From an uncultured Bacteroidales bacterium (GTDB lineage Bacteria; Bacteroidota; Bacteroidia; Bacteroidales; F082): a stretch of 64,000 nucleotides of DNA. The stretch lies in the NCBI GenBank assembly GCA_900315175.1, contig OMYA01000011.1:64-64063 (forward strand), read 5' to 3'. Of this stretch, positions 43,961 to 53,754 are shown piece after piece. The translations under genes and the position numbers were made by a program. Below the pieces are notes generated by a model that worked only from the letters and a program-made list of their open reading frames with translations, ran no database searches and was not told the origin of the DNA. Each line of letters opens with the position of its first letter. Positions within the stretch are counted from its first letter, which is position 1.

Positions 43961-46012
43961 ATGAAAAAATTATTTATAACAACCTTTATTATTCTAACGG
44001 TAATTACAAAATTAACCGCCCAGTCTTTCTCTGTCGACAACTTGAACTATTCGGTAAACAACGACGGCGTATCGGTAACTGTCACAGGCTATATCGACGA
44101 TATGGAACCGCTGGTTATCCCCGAATCGGTGTCCCACAATGGATATGATTATACAATAAACGCTATCGGACAAAATGCCTTTAACAATTACTATTGGAAC
44201 GGTCAAGACGAATTGGTTGTTCCTAATTCAGTCACCAATATTGGAAATTACGCATTCGCTTACTCTAATTGCGGTAAGCATCTGATACTTTCCAATTCGC
44301 TGACTTACATCGGAAATTATGCTTTCTACCACTGTAACTTTAAAGATGAATTGGTAATTCCAAATACAGTCAATCACATCGGAGATTGGGCTTTTGCCTT
44401 TTGCGCTCGTTTTTCTGGTGATTTGTATATTCCCGATGCTGTAACATACTTGGGCGAAGGCGCATTTACAGGCTGCGGCCAGATTAGAGGTTCCTTGCAC
44501 CTGTCAAATTCTCTCGAAACAATCCGTGACAACACTTTTGATCAATGCAAATTTACTGGCATATTAACCATTCCCAATACCGTGAATTCGATAGGTAATA
44601 GTGCTTTTGGCGGTTGTAGTGGCTTCACAGGTTCTTTGATATTTCCAAACTCAGTAAGTCATATCGGCGAGGATGCTTTTTCGGGCTGTACGAATTTCGA
44701 CGGTGAACTGGTTCTCCCTGATTCTCTATCGATTATTAATGATGGCACATTTCACGGTTGTGAAAATTTGAGCGGCACTTTAAACATACCCAATACAGTG
44801 ACATATATTGGCTTTGATGCTTTTGCATACTGCGGTTTTACCGGACCTTTAAACATTCCGGAAAATGTTACTTACATTGGTATCGACGCATTTTCTTATT
44901 GCAACTTTACAGGCTCATTAACCATCCCCGATTCGGTTATTGAAATTGACAACCATGCTTTTTATCAATGCAGTGGTTTCAGCGGTGAACTGGTTATTGG
45001 AAAATCTGTTTCATTGATTGGTTCCTGGGCATTTGCATATTGTACAGGAATATCTGAAGTGGTTTCTCTTGCCACAACACCTCCAGAATTGACTTTTTCT
45101 AATGCATTTCAATATACCGATTGCACCACGCTTACAGTTCCATGTGGATTTCTCGATATTTATGAACAGAATTCTTCTTGGAACCAGCAGTTCACAACCA
45201 TCACCGAGAATTGTAACTATCTGACACATCCAGAATGGTATTATGAGTTAATAAACGATACCGGCGATATCACTTATCAGTACCTTTCGCATCAGGGCGA
45301 TACGACAATTCAACATAAAAAAGTGAAGATTATCGTGAAAACCAACACTCTTTACGATAAGGAAAGTGTCGAAGAGACCGAGGAATATATTTATGTTGAA
45401 GACAATAAGGTTTTCTGGTGGAATCAAACCCTCGAGGAATTTACCGTTTTATACGATTTCGGCGCGCAAGTCGGTGATTATTGGGAGATCAAGGCTGGCC
45501 TTAACTCAATAGTGGTGCACGTTGATATGGTTGGACAAGCCGAATACGACGGAATTGTCTATAAAACACTGCAAATCAGTGATTACGATGACATTTTCGG
45601 TGGCACAATTGTCTGCACGGTAGGCCATCTCACCAGCTTCTTTCCTGAGAAAATGCTTGAAAACAAAGGCAATTACGAAGTCAATGGTATGCGATGCCAC
45701 TGGAATAACGGTGAGCTTCTTTTCAAGGTGGGCGATGTCGATTGCGATTATGTTTACGACAATCATCATTATTCCGTTAATGAAATAGCAACCGGAAACG
45801 GATTTGTTATCTATCCTAATCCCTCACAAGACAATATTTTTATCCTATCAGATAAAATAAAAGAAGAATATCGCATTCTTAACCGTCTCGGCGAATCCGT
45901 CCTAACGGGCACAATTTCATCTGATAATCAAAAAATCGATATCTCATCGTTATCCGAAGGCCTTTATTTCATAATCATCGGAAATGCGACAACAAAATTT
46001 TTGAAATGGTAA
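43961..46012 (+). CDS. BspA-type LRR (LRR_5) protein with T9SS C-terminal sorting domain
   Basis: About 13 LRR_5 repeats (IGNYAFYHCNFKDELVIPNTVNHIGDWAF...); C-terminus VIYPNPSQDNIFILSD...GLYFIIIGNATTKFLKW; N-terminus paralogous to 41498..42388. Confidence 0.8.
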   Translation: MKKLFITTFIILTVITKLTAQSFSVDNLNYSVNNDGVSVTVTGYIDDMEPLVIPESVSHNGYDYTINAIGQNAFNNYYWNGQDELVVPNSVTNIGNYAFAYSNCGKHLILSNSLTYIGNYAFYHCNFKDELVIPNTVNHIGDWAFAFCARFSGDLYIPDAVTYLGEGAFTGCGQIRGSLHLSNSLETIRDNTFDQCKFTGILTIPNTVNSIGNSAFGGCSGFTGSLIFPNSVSHIGEDAFSGCTNFDGELVLPDSLSIINDGTFHGCENLSGTLNIPNTVTYIGFDAFAYCGFTGPLNIPENVTYIGIDAFSYCNFTGSLTIPDSVIEIDNHAFYQCSGFSGELVIGKSVSLIGSWAFAYCTGISEVVSLATTPPELTFSNAFQYTDCTTLTVPCGFLDIYEQNSSWNQQFTTITENCNYLTHPEWYYELINDTGDITYQYLSHQGDTTIQHKKVKIIVKTNTLYDKESVEETEEYIYVEDNKVFWWNQTLEEFTVLYDFGAQVGDYWEIKAGLNSIVVHVDMVGQAEYDGIVYKTLQISDYDDIFGGTIVCTVGHLTSFFPEKMLENKGNYEVNGMRCHWNNGELLFKVGDVDCDYVYDNHHYSVNEIATGNGFVIYPNPSQDNIFILSDKIKEEYRILNRLGESVLTGTISSDNQKIDISSLSEGLYFIIIGNATTKFLKW

Positions 46013-46019
46013 TAAAAAA

Positions 46020-46050
46020 TGTAGAGACGCACGGCTGTGCGTCTCTACAT
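46020..46050. terminator. bidirectional hairpin terminator
   Basis: tgtagagacgcac-GGCT-gtgcgtctctaca (13-bp perfect stem) with A-tract before and T-tract after, between convergent genes. Confidence 0.75.
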
Positions 46051-46069
46051 TTTCGTATAATAATCTCTT

Positions 46070-47419
46070 TTACTTTGTTCCAAAACCTCCTAACGCCGAA
46101 TATAGGTTGATCAGCGCCTGGATCAAATCGTATTGGTTCTCCACCTGAGAGAGCTCTGCCGAGAGCAGCGACTCTTGGGCGGTCAACACCTCGAGATAGG
46201 TGGTTGTACCGTTGTTCATCAAGTCGATGGTGGCATTGTATGCCTCATGCAATGCGTTGACTTGGAGGCCGATATGTCCTGACTTCTTCTTGGCTGTCTC
46301 GCAGTCATGGATGTAAGTGTATACCTCGCTGCCGGCACTGTAGAGGGCGTAGACGAATTCTATCTGAGCCTTCTCCTGATCTTTCTTTGCATTTCTCAGC
46401 TGTGCCGTGAGGCTGCCACCTTGGAAGATAGGCTGCGTGAGCGAGCCGACTGCCTGTGCGATAAGGTCGAGAGCGTCGGCAGAACCGCCATAGCCTAACA
46501 AACCTTCTATACTGATGTTAGGATAGAAGTCTTGACGTGCCTGCTGGGTGGTGTAGTAAGCCAACTCCATGTTGCGCTCAGCCATGCGGACATCTGGACG
46601 TGCGTCGAGTAATCTGACTGGCAATCCGATATGAATAGTTTCAGGCATCTCAAACTCCTCGAAAGTGGCGCGTTCGATGTGATGCGGCGGCTCGTTGAGC
46701 AGTAAGCAGAGCGAGGCCTCAGTATAAGTGATGCTGTTGCGCAAATCGATTATTTTGGTACGAACCTCTTCCAACGAAGCTTCCATCTGATACACAGCAG
46801 GGCTCTTGTAGATACCGGCTTGGTACAATGCATCGGTGGAGTTGTATGATTCAACATACAGCCGTTCCGCTTCTTCAGCGTATTCAAGCTGTTTGTCAAG
46901 CATCACCAATAAATAATACATGTTGGCGACGTTGGCAGCCAAACTCACCTGCACTGCCTGACGGTAGTCTTCATAATACGCGACTCTGGCTTTTGCCGAG
47001 CGGATCTTACTTCTTGTCTGACCAAATATACCCAACTGCCAACTTGCCGTCACCGGAATCTGTATGTAGTTGGTGCTGATTTTGTTCTGATAGTTGTAAG
47101 TCACCGACGGAGCGAATGCAAACGTAGGAGCGTAGCCCCATTTTGCTCTTCTCACGTCATTCTGAGCCTGCTCGATGGTGAGCTGCGTGGTGCGCATATC
47201 GGTGTTGTTTACCAAAGCGGTGTCAATAAGCTGTTGGAGCAACGGATCGGTGAAGATGTCGCGCCAGTTGATGTCGCCTATCGAGGTGCTGTCTTGCGGG
47301 TCAACGACGTCACCCATCGCATTTTCATCAGCGGTATAGTCCGCATCATATTTCTTATAGAGGGAGCAGCTTGGCAACAGCAGCATCCCGACTAATAAAA
47401 CAATTATATACCTTTTCAT
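46070..47419 (-). CDS. RND efflux outer-membrane factor (TolC/NodT-family lipoprotein)
   Basis: Lipobox LLLPSC; two-repeat coiled-coil/barrel pattern; operon position; start set at MKRYII (ATG 47419). Confidence 0.85.
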   Translation of the reverse strand: MKRYIIVLLVGMLLLPSCSLYKKYDADYTADENAMGDVVDPQDSTSIGDINWRDIFTDPLLQQLIDTALVNNTDMRTTQLTIEQAQNDVRRAKWGYAPTFAFAPSVTYNYQNKISTNYIQIPVTASWQLGIFGQTRSKIRSAKARVAYYEDYRQAVQVSLAANVANMYYLLVMLDKQLEYAEEAERLYVESYNSTDALYQAGIYKSPAVYQMEASLEEVRTKIIDLRNSITYTEASLCLLLNEPPHHIERATFEEFEMPETIHIGLPVRLLDARPDVRMAERNMELAYYTTQQARQDFYPNISIEGLLGYGGSADALDLIAQAVGSLTQPIFQGGSLTAQLRNAKKDQEKAQIEFVYALYSAGSEVYTYIHDCETAKKKSGHIGLQVNALHEAYNATIDLMNNGTTTYLEVLTAQESLLSAELSQVENQYDLIQALINLYSALGGFGTK

Positions 47420-47441
47420 AGATACACCTTTCTTATTTAAA

Positions 47442-50400
47442 TTAGTCTTCATCATCATCATTATTATCCGGGGTAACTCGTTCATGAACCTTCTGGAACA
47501 CCATGTACAATGCCGGTGTGACGAACAGAATCGCGATGATACCGATAGTCATACCGCCCACAACGGCGATTGACAGCGACTTGTTACCCACAGCACCTGC
47601 GCCGCCTTCGACGATAAGCGGGATCATACCGATGATCATGGTCAAAACGGTCATCAAGATAGGACGCAGACGGTCTCTACATGCACCGACAGCGGCGTCG
47701 TAAATCGACATGCCTTCCTGACGTTTCTGAACAGCGAACTCAGTGATAAGGATAGCGGTCTTCGCCACCAAACCCATCAACATGATAACACCCGTTTGCA
47801 CATACACGTTGACGCCGACACTCATCAATGACTCAAGCGGACGGACAGCGAGATATGCGCCGAAGATACCGAACGGGATTGACAGCAACACTGCGAATGG
47901 GATGAACACTGAGTTATACAAACAAGCGAGGATGAGGTAAACAATCAACACTGCGATTGCGTAGATGATGACAGTGTCGTTCGACTCGGCTGTTTCAGCT
48001 TCCTCACGTGCCATACCACCATACTCATAGCCATATCCGTCAGGGAAAACCTCTGCCATCAATTCATCGACAGCAGCACGCACGTGAGCTGACGTATATC
48101 CCGAGGCTGGCATGACGTTCATATTATAACCTGTGAAAAGGTTAAATCTGCGTTCCTGTGAAGAACCCAAAGTAGGAGTCAGTGTCACAAACTCAGAAAC
48201 AGGCGTCATCTCACCGTCAATCTGTACGAATATGCTGTTGAGAGTGCTCTCCTCCATACGATATTCGTCGCCGGCCTCCACAAGTATCTGATAGACCTTA
48301 CCATACTGGATGTAGTTGCCGATATAAGTACCTGCAAGGTTGGTACCGATAGTCTCGATAACAGTCTTAGGTGAGATACCTTTACGTTTGCAAGCAGCCA
48401 CATCGACTGTGAGATTGTATTTAGGATAGTCAGCTGAATATGCAGCTATAGCTGTTTGAATCTCTGGACGTTCTCTTAACTTCTCGGTAAACTGTGATGA
48501 CAAAGCATAGAATGTGGTGTCGTCGCCTGTTCCAGAGCGATCCTGGAGGTTAAGCTCCATCATGGAACCTGTACCGTAGCCAGGAATCTGAGGCATCTGA
48601 TAAGGTGTGATATCAGCTTCAGGCATGTTCACCATAGCCCACATGTAGATTTGCTTCTGCACGTCAGCGATGCTGTAAAATTCACGCTCATCCCAGTTTT
48701 TCAGACGTACCAATATTGTTGCATAGTTGGTTCCAGCACCACCATTCATCATTGAGTAACCTGTCATAGCACCCACCAACTCGACATCGTCAAGCTTGCT
48801 GATATAATTCTCAAGTTTTTCAGCAGCATCCTGTGTCTCGTTAAGATAAGTTCCTGATGCCAATGTGACGTCAACCATGAGGAAGCCCTGGTCTTCCTGT
48901 GGAACGAGGTCCTGCTGAGCTGTCTTCATGAGCCATACCATACCACAGCCGAAAGCAATCAACAGAATCCAAGAGAAAATAGGACGTTTGATGAATTTGC
49001 TGACACCTTTGATGTATTTGTTTAACAAAGCACCGTAAGCGGCTTCATAGCCCTTTCTGACGTAATAGTTGATACCTTTTCTCTCTTTGCCGTCTTCGCT
49101 CTTAGGCTTAAACAAGATAGCGCAGAGGGCAGGACAGATAGTCAAAGCTGAAAGGCAGGAAATACCCACCGAACCAGCCATGATAGTACCGAACTGCTTG
49201 AAGAATGTGCCTGAAGTTCCTGACATGAAAGTCACAGGGATAAACACAGCCATAAACACACTCGTTGTTGAGATAACAGCTGCTGTCACTTCGTTAAGAG
49301 CCACTGTGGTAGCGGTTGCTGCTGACTTATATTTTCCTGTTTCCAACTTAGCCATAACCTCTTCAACAACCACGATGGCGTCGTCCACGACAGTACCGAT
49401 AGCGAGCACCAACGCAAATAGCGTCAGCAAGTTAAGCGAGAATCCCATTGCCTTCACGATGGCGAAAGTACCGATCAAAGAAACGATGATTGAGACTGAT
49501 GGGACCAATGTCGCCTTGAAATCCTGTAAGAACAGATAAACGATGAGGATAACAAGGATGATAGCGACGATGAGGGTCTCCACGACGCTGTGCATTGAAG
49601 CGAAGAGGAAGTCGTCGGATGTCTCCATAAGCTTGAACTCCAAGCCTGCAGGTAATGTCTTCGAGATTTCAGCAATAACCTTGTTGATTTCAGCGTTGAC
49701 TGCTGTGGCGTTGGCGCCAGGCGACTGGTTGACGATAAACATAGCTCCCGGATGTCCTTCGACGTTTGAACGGTAGTCGTAAGCTTTTCTACCAAGTTCT
49801 ATGTTGGCAACGTCTTTCAAACGCACTATGTTACCGTCGTTGGTGCCGCGCACGATGATATCCTCAAACTGACTCATATCATCGAGCAGTCCGTGATATT
49901 CGATATCAATCTTGTTGACCGTGCTCTCGATTCTACCGACTGGCGACACGAGGTTCTGTTCGTTGATGGCACTGATGATTTCAGCCGGTGTGATGCCATA
50001 CATTCCCATAACATCCGGTTTTATCCAGATACGCACACCGTATTTATCACCGATAAGCTGTGTACGTCCCACGCCAGTGACACGGCTAACCTGAGGTATC
50101 ACATTGATATCCAAGAAGTTGATGATAAACTTCTCATCAAACTTATCATCGGTGCTCTCCAAGCTTCGAATCTGAAGGATAGAGTTAACACTCTTTGTAA
50201 CGGTGACACCCTGCGTGGTCACGTCTGCCGGCAGCAGACCCAAGGCCTGGTTCACACGGTTCTGCGTGTTAACAGTCGCCATGTCAGGGTCGGTGCCTTG
50301 TTTGAAGTAGACGTCGATTTCAGCGGTACCGTTTGAACGTGCTGTTGAAGTGATGTACATCATGTCTTCCACACCGTTCACCTGCTCTTCGATAGGCATG

Positions 50401-50594
50401 ATGACTGATTTCATAACAGATCCGGCATCAGCACCGCTATAAGTGGCCTGGATGATGACCTCAGGTGGCGCGATATCAGGATATTGCTCGATTGGCAGAG
50501 TGAAGATACTCACCGTACCGACAAGACAGATAAGCACGGCGATGGCAAGAGCAGCCACCCAGTGCTTAACAAAATATTTCTGTTTGATAGCCAT
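47442..50594 (-). CDS. RND efflux permease (AcrB/HAE1 family)
   Basis: 1050 aa, 12 TM with two large periplasmic loops, typical N-terminus F..HWV.A.AI and VDDAIVVVE motif. Confidence 0.95.
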   Translation of the reverse strand: MAIKQKYFVKHWVAALAIAVLICLVGTVSIFTLPIEQYPDIAPPEVIIQATYSGADAGSVMKSVIMPIEEQVNGVEDMMYITSTARSNGTAEIDVYFKQGTDPDMATVNTQNRVNQALGLLPADVTTQGVTVTKSVNSILQIRSLESTDDKFDEKFIINFLDINVIPQVSRVTGVGRTQLIGDKYGVRIWIKPDVMGMYGITPAEIISAINEQNLVSPVGRIESTVNKIDIEYHGLLDDMSQFEDIIVRGTNDGNIVRLKDVANIELGRKAYDYRSNVEGHPGAMFIVNQSPGANATAVNAEINKVIAEISKTLPAGLEFKLMETSDDFLFASMHSVVETLIVAIILVILIVYLFLQDFKATLVPSVSIIVSLIGTFAIVKAMGFSLNLLTLFALVLAIGTVVDDAIVVVEEVMAKLETGKYKSAATATTVALNEVTAAVISTTSVFMAVFIPVTFMSGTSGTFFKQFGTIMAGSVGISCLSALTICPALCAILFKPKSEDGKERKGINYYVRKGYEAAYGALLNKYIKGVSKFIKRPIFSWILLIAFGCGMVWLMKTAQQDLVPQEDQGFLMVDVTLASGTYLNETQDAAEKLENYISKLDDVELVGAMTGYSMMNGGAGTNYATILVRLKNWDEREFYSIADVQKQIYMWAMVNMPEADITPYQMPQIPGYGTGSMMELNLQDRSGTGDDTTFYALSSQFTEKLRERPEIQTAIAAYSADYPKYNLTVDVAACKRKGISPKTVIETIGTNLAGTYIGNYIQYGKVYQILVEAGDEYRMEESTLNSIFVQIDGEMTPVSEFVTLTPTLGSSQERRFNLFTGYNMNVMPASGYTSAHVRAAVDELMAEVFPDGYGYEYGGMAREEAETAESNDTVIIYAIAVLIVYLILACLYNSVFIPFAVLLSIPFGIFGAYLAVRPLESLMSVGVNVYVQTGVIMLMGLVAKTAILITEFAVQKRQEGMSIYDAAVGACRDRLRPILMTVLTMIIGMIPLIVEGGAGAVGNKSLSIAVVGGMTIGIIAILFVTPALYMVFQKVHERVTPDNNDDDED

Positions 50595-50596
50595 TT

Positions 50597-51730
50597 TTAT
50601 CTTACTTTAGTACCGTTAGACAATTTGCGAACACCGTTGGTGACGACTTCATCGCCGGCATTCAGACCTTCAGTGATGTAATATTCTTTACCGTCGTTTG
50701 ATGGTATAACTTTGCATATCATGCCTTCAACTGTTCCGTCGTCTTTGATGCGATAGAACATCATCTGATCCTGCAGACGCACTGCTGCTGTCTGAGGCAC
50801 GCACAAAACGCTGTCCATCGTAATAGGGATGATGATGTTAGCTGACATGCCTGAGCGAAGAATGCCGTTAGGGTTCTCAAACTCAGCTGTGCAAAGCACT
50901 GTTCCTGTTGTAGGATTTACAATAGCTTCAATCTTTGTCACAACACCTGTTCCTTTGTATGTGGAGCCGTCTTTGAGTTTCAGTTGCAACTTCGGCATGG
51001 CGTCACCGATAAACTTGCCGTTTGGTCCTTCCATACCTTTAGAACCGATGCGTAAATTGAATCTTTTGATCATATCCAGCAACTGTGTCTCTGTAAATGA
51101 GAAGTCAGCATCAACGAGGCTGTTGTCACTGACGGTGCAGAGATAATTTGTACGTGTTGCCATGTCGCCTTCGTCATAGCCGTTAGCGTCGACATAACCT
51201 GTGACAGGAGCTGTGACGTTGCAATAACCGAGATTGGTTTTCGCTATGTTGAGCTGGGCTTCAGCCTGAAGCACCGACGCCTTGGCTGAATTGTAATCGT
51301 TCAAACTGGTCTTCAGCACATAGTCGCTGATGATTTTCTTGCTATAAAGCTCCTGATTCGACTCATACTGGAGTTTTGTGGTTTCCATACGGGCTATGGC
51401 CACACTCAAGTTAGCTTCAGCAGCTTGTACGCTGAGCTGGTATTCGGTCGGATCGATGATATACACAGTCTGGTCTTTATTAACCTTGGTACCTGTGGTG
51501 AATTTCTTCTCCGTGATGATGCCTTCCACCTGCGGATAGACCTTGATCTCGGTAGTTCCTGAAGTTGTGGCAGGGAACGACATGTTGTAAATTTTCGACT
51601 CAGGTTTCAACACCTTGGTCTCATATTTCACCTGTGGAGCCTGTGCCGGTTGCTTTTTTCCTTTGCAGGAAACCAATATGCAGCATGCCATGAGCAATGC
51701 TGAACATATCAGAAAGTAGTGCTTTTTCAT
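50597..51730 (-). CDS. RND efflux periplasmic adaptor (membrane fusion protein)
   Basis: Lipobox ILVSC, coiled-coil hairpin region, beta-barrel domains, operon position. Confidence 0.85.
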   Translation of the reverse strand: MKKHYFLICSALLMACCILVSCKGKKQPAQAPQVKYETKVLKPESKIYNMSFPATTSGTTEIKVYPQVEGIITEKKFTTGTKVNKDQTVYIIDPTEYQLSVQAAEANLSVAIARMETTKLQYESNQELYSKKIISDYVLKTSLNDYNSAKASVLQAEAQLNIAKTNLGYCNVTAPVTGYVDANGYDEGDMATRTNYLCTVSDNSLVDADFSFTETQLLDMIKRFNLRIGSKGMEGPNGKFIGDAMPKLQLKLKDGSTYKGTGVVTKIEAIVNPTTGTVLCTAEFENPNGILRSGMSANIIIPITMDSVLCVPQTAAVRLQDQMMFYRIKDDGTVEGMICKVIPSNDGKEYYITEGLNAGDEVVTNGVRKLSNGTKVR

Positions 51731-51777
51731 ATTATGACTATTTTGTTTATTATTTTTAACAATAAAGCTTCAAGACG

Positions 51778-51785
51778 CAAAAATA
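51778..51785 (-). promoter_or_regulatory. -7 promoter motif TAnnTTTG
   Basis: TATTTTTG on minus strand, 47 nt before ATG 51730. Confidence 0.45.
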
Positions 51786-51848
51786 TAAAATTATGATTAA
51801 AAACTATAATTTTTCGTCAAAAAATGTTTGTTTTTCCGTCAAAAAACG

Positions 51849-52604
51849 TTATTTTCTCACTATCACACTGCCGCTTCCCTGGTAAGTGGCGAGAATCAGC
51901 ACTTCGGCGATCTGCACATGTTCAGGGGCGTTGGCTGCATATACTGCCACGTCGGCGATGTCGTCGCCTGTCAGCGGGTCGATGCCTTTATAGACCTTTG
52001 CTGCGCGCTCGGTGTCACCGTGGAAACGCACGTTGCTGAAGTTGGTCTCCACCAGTCCCGGCTTGAGGTTGGTGACACGAATGTTGCTGTCGGCCACGTC
52101 GAGACGCAGACCGTCGCTGAGTGTCTTCACCGCTGATTTTGTGGCGCAATAGACGTTGCCGTTGGCGTATGCTGTGTCGCCTGCCACAGAGCCCACGTTG
52201 ATGATATGACCGCGGTTGCGCTCCATCATGCCCGGGACAACCAATCTCGTCATGGTCAGCAAACCTTTGATGTTGGTGTCAATCATAGTCTCCCAGTCTT
52301 CAAAATCACCTTGATATTCAGGCTCAAGACCGAGGGCGAGACCGGCATTGTTAACCAAAACATCGATGTCTTTCCACTCATTCGGCAGATTTTGGATGCA
52401 TTCTGTGGCTTTTTCACGGTCACGGACATCGAAAACCAGTGTCAGCACCTGTGTGCCCTTTGCTGTCAGCTCTTTGCGGATGTCTTCAAGGAGTTTTTCG
52501 TTGCGACCTGTCAGAATAAGTCTGTCGCCATTGGCGGCGAATTTATGCGCACATGCGAGGCCGATACCGCTCGTTGCGCCTGTTATCAAAACTATCTTGT
52601 TCAT
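51849..52604 (-). CDS. SDR-family NADP-dependent oxidoreductase (YdfG-like)
   Basis: VLITGATSGIG, NNAG, S...YCATK catalytic pattern; start set at MNKIVL (ATG 52604). Confidence 0.85.
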   Translation of the reverse strand: MNKIVLITGATSGIGLACAHKFAANGDRLILTGRNEKLLEDIRKELTAKGTQVLTLVFDVRDREKATECIQNLPNEWKDIDVLVNNAGLALGLEPEYQGDFEDWETMIDTNIKGLLTMTRLVVPGMMERNRGHIINVGSVAGDTAYANGNVYCATKSAVKTLSDGLRLDVADSNIRVTNLKPGLVETNFSNVRFHGDTERAAKVYKGIDPLTGDDIADVAVYAANAPEHVQIAEVLILATYQGSGSVIVRK

Positions 52605-52638
52605 AGTCAATGATTTATATTTTATTGTTTGAAAGTTG

Positions 52639-52646
52639 CAAAAATA
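52639..52646 (-). promoter_or_regulatory. -7 promoter motif TAnnTTTG
   Basis: TATTTTTG on minus strand, 34 nt before ATG 52604. Confidence 0.45.
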
Positions 52647-52730
52647 CAAAAAAGTTTGTTTTTATAATAAAAAAATACTCATACCAACTTGTATTTTTTC
52701 AAAATTTCAGTAAAAACAGGAAAAAATCAT

Positions 52731-52738
52731 TAGCTTTG
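52731..52738 (+). promoter_or_regulatory. -7 promoter motif TAnnTTTG
   Basis: TAGCTTTG, 20 nt before ATG 52759. Confidence 0.45.
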
Positions 52739-52758
52739 CAATCAAAATCATTTTTAAA

Positions 52759-53283
52759 ATGAGAAAAATGGAAACACTATATATCACTCCCGATGGCTTC
52801 GACAACCTGCTTCTCCAAAGCGATGGCGGATTCCTCACCGGCTTGCATTTTGTCAAGACGCCTGATATGTCTCAAAAGCCCACATCAAACCCGATACTCC
52901 CGCAATGCCTATTAGAAACCATTCACTGGCTTGATACTTATTTCTCAGGCCATCAACCGGATTTCACCCCTGCTTATAAAATCGAAAATATCACTCCATT
53001 CCGCAAAGAAGTCATAGAGATTTTGAATAAAATCCCTTTCAGGAAAACCGCCACTTATGGTGAGATTGCCTCCGAAATTGCCCAAAACCGCAACATCCCG
53101 AGGATGTCAGCACAGGCTGTCGGCAACGCTGTCGGCTGGAATCCGATCTGCATCATAATCCCCTGCCACCGTGTCATAGGCTCCAATGGCAATCTCGTCG
53201 GCTATGGCGGCGGCATTCAAAACAAAGAAGCACTATTAAGGCTGGAAGGAAGTTATGATAAGATAATCGCTCAATATCCCTAA
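52759..53283 (+). CDS. ogt: methylated-DNA--protein-cysteine methyltransferase
   Basis: IPCHRVIGSNG active-site motif, TYGEIA, AVG.A.G.NP. Confidence 0.85.
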   Translation: MRKMETLYITPDGFDNLLLQSDGGFLTGLHFVKTPDMSQKPTSNPILPQCLLETIHWLDTYFSGHQPDFTPAYKIENITPFRKEVIEILNKIPFRKTATYGEIASEIAQNRNIPRMSAQAVGNAVGWNPICIIIPCHRVIGSNGNLVGYGGGIQNKEALLRLEGSYDKIIAQYP

Positions 53284-53526
53284 CTCGCTCTCTCATAGAT
53301 CAGTTTTTTATCACGATTAGCAGATTCAACAGCAAATGATTTTAATGTTCCGTCTTCGACGAGATCTACATTTTTGCCAAGCAGCAAGCCCGCAAAGCCG
53401 ATATTAAGTTCCAAATTTCACGCATAATAATCAATTTAACACTGAAAAATTACAGCATTTTAAAATATTGGTTCATCATCATTAATAACTGTTTTTCAAT
53501 AGATTAATCATTACTTTTTAGATGAT

Positions 53527-53677
53527 GAGATTCCTCGCACTCTGTGCTTGGAATGACAGTTCTATTAGTTTTTATTGAGGCGCGGCTTGCAAAATATCTC
53601 AAATACAATTGTTCCTTCAAGCCGCGCTACGATGTCAATATTTTTGGTTTGTCATTCCGAACGAAGTGAGGAATCTC
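53527..53677. repeat. repeat family B, two half copies facing each other around a GC hairpin
   Basis: gagattcctcgcactctgtgcttggaatgac (53527..53556) ... gcgcggcttg-N-caagccgcgc ... gtcattccgaacgaagtgaggaatctc (53651..53677). Confidence 0.75.
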
Positions 53678-53695
53678 AAATTATTTTTACAAAAT

Positions 53696-53724
53696 CTAAA
53701 GTCTAAGGTCTAAAGTCTAAAGTC
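53696..53724 (+). repeat. tandem heptamer array (CTAAAGT)x4
   Basis: ctaaagt ctaaggt ctaaagt ctaaagt c, just upstream of the radA promoter motif. Confidence 0.8.
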
Positions 53725-53731
53725 TTTTTTC

Positions 53732-53739
53732 TATCTTTG
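53732..53739 (+). promoter_or_regulatory. -7 promoter motif TAnnTTTG
   Basis: TATCTTTG, 15 nt before radA ATG 53755. Confidence 0.5.
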
Positions 53740-53754
53740 CAAAAAATTAAAATT

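Noticed and set aside
53280-53414. Minus-strand open frame NLELNIGFAGLLLGKNVDLVEDGTLKSFAVESANRDKKLIYERAS, which looks like the C-terminus of a lost gene
   Set aside because: It is only 45 codons, has no start codon and is preceded by a stop, and I cannot assign it to a family. It may be a gene remnant, but the sequence alone does not support that.
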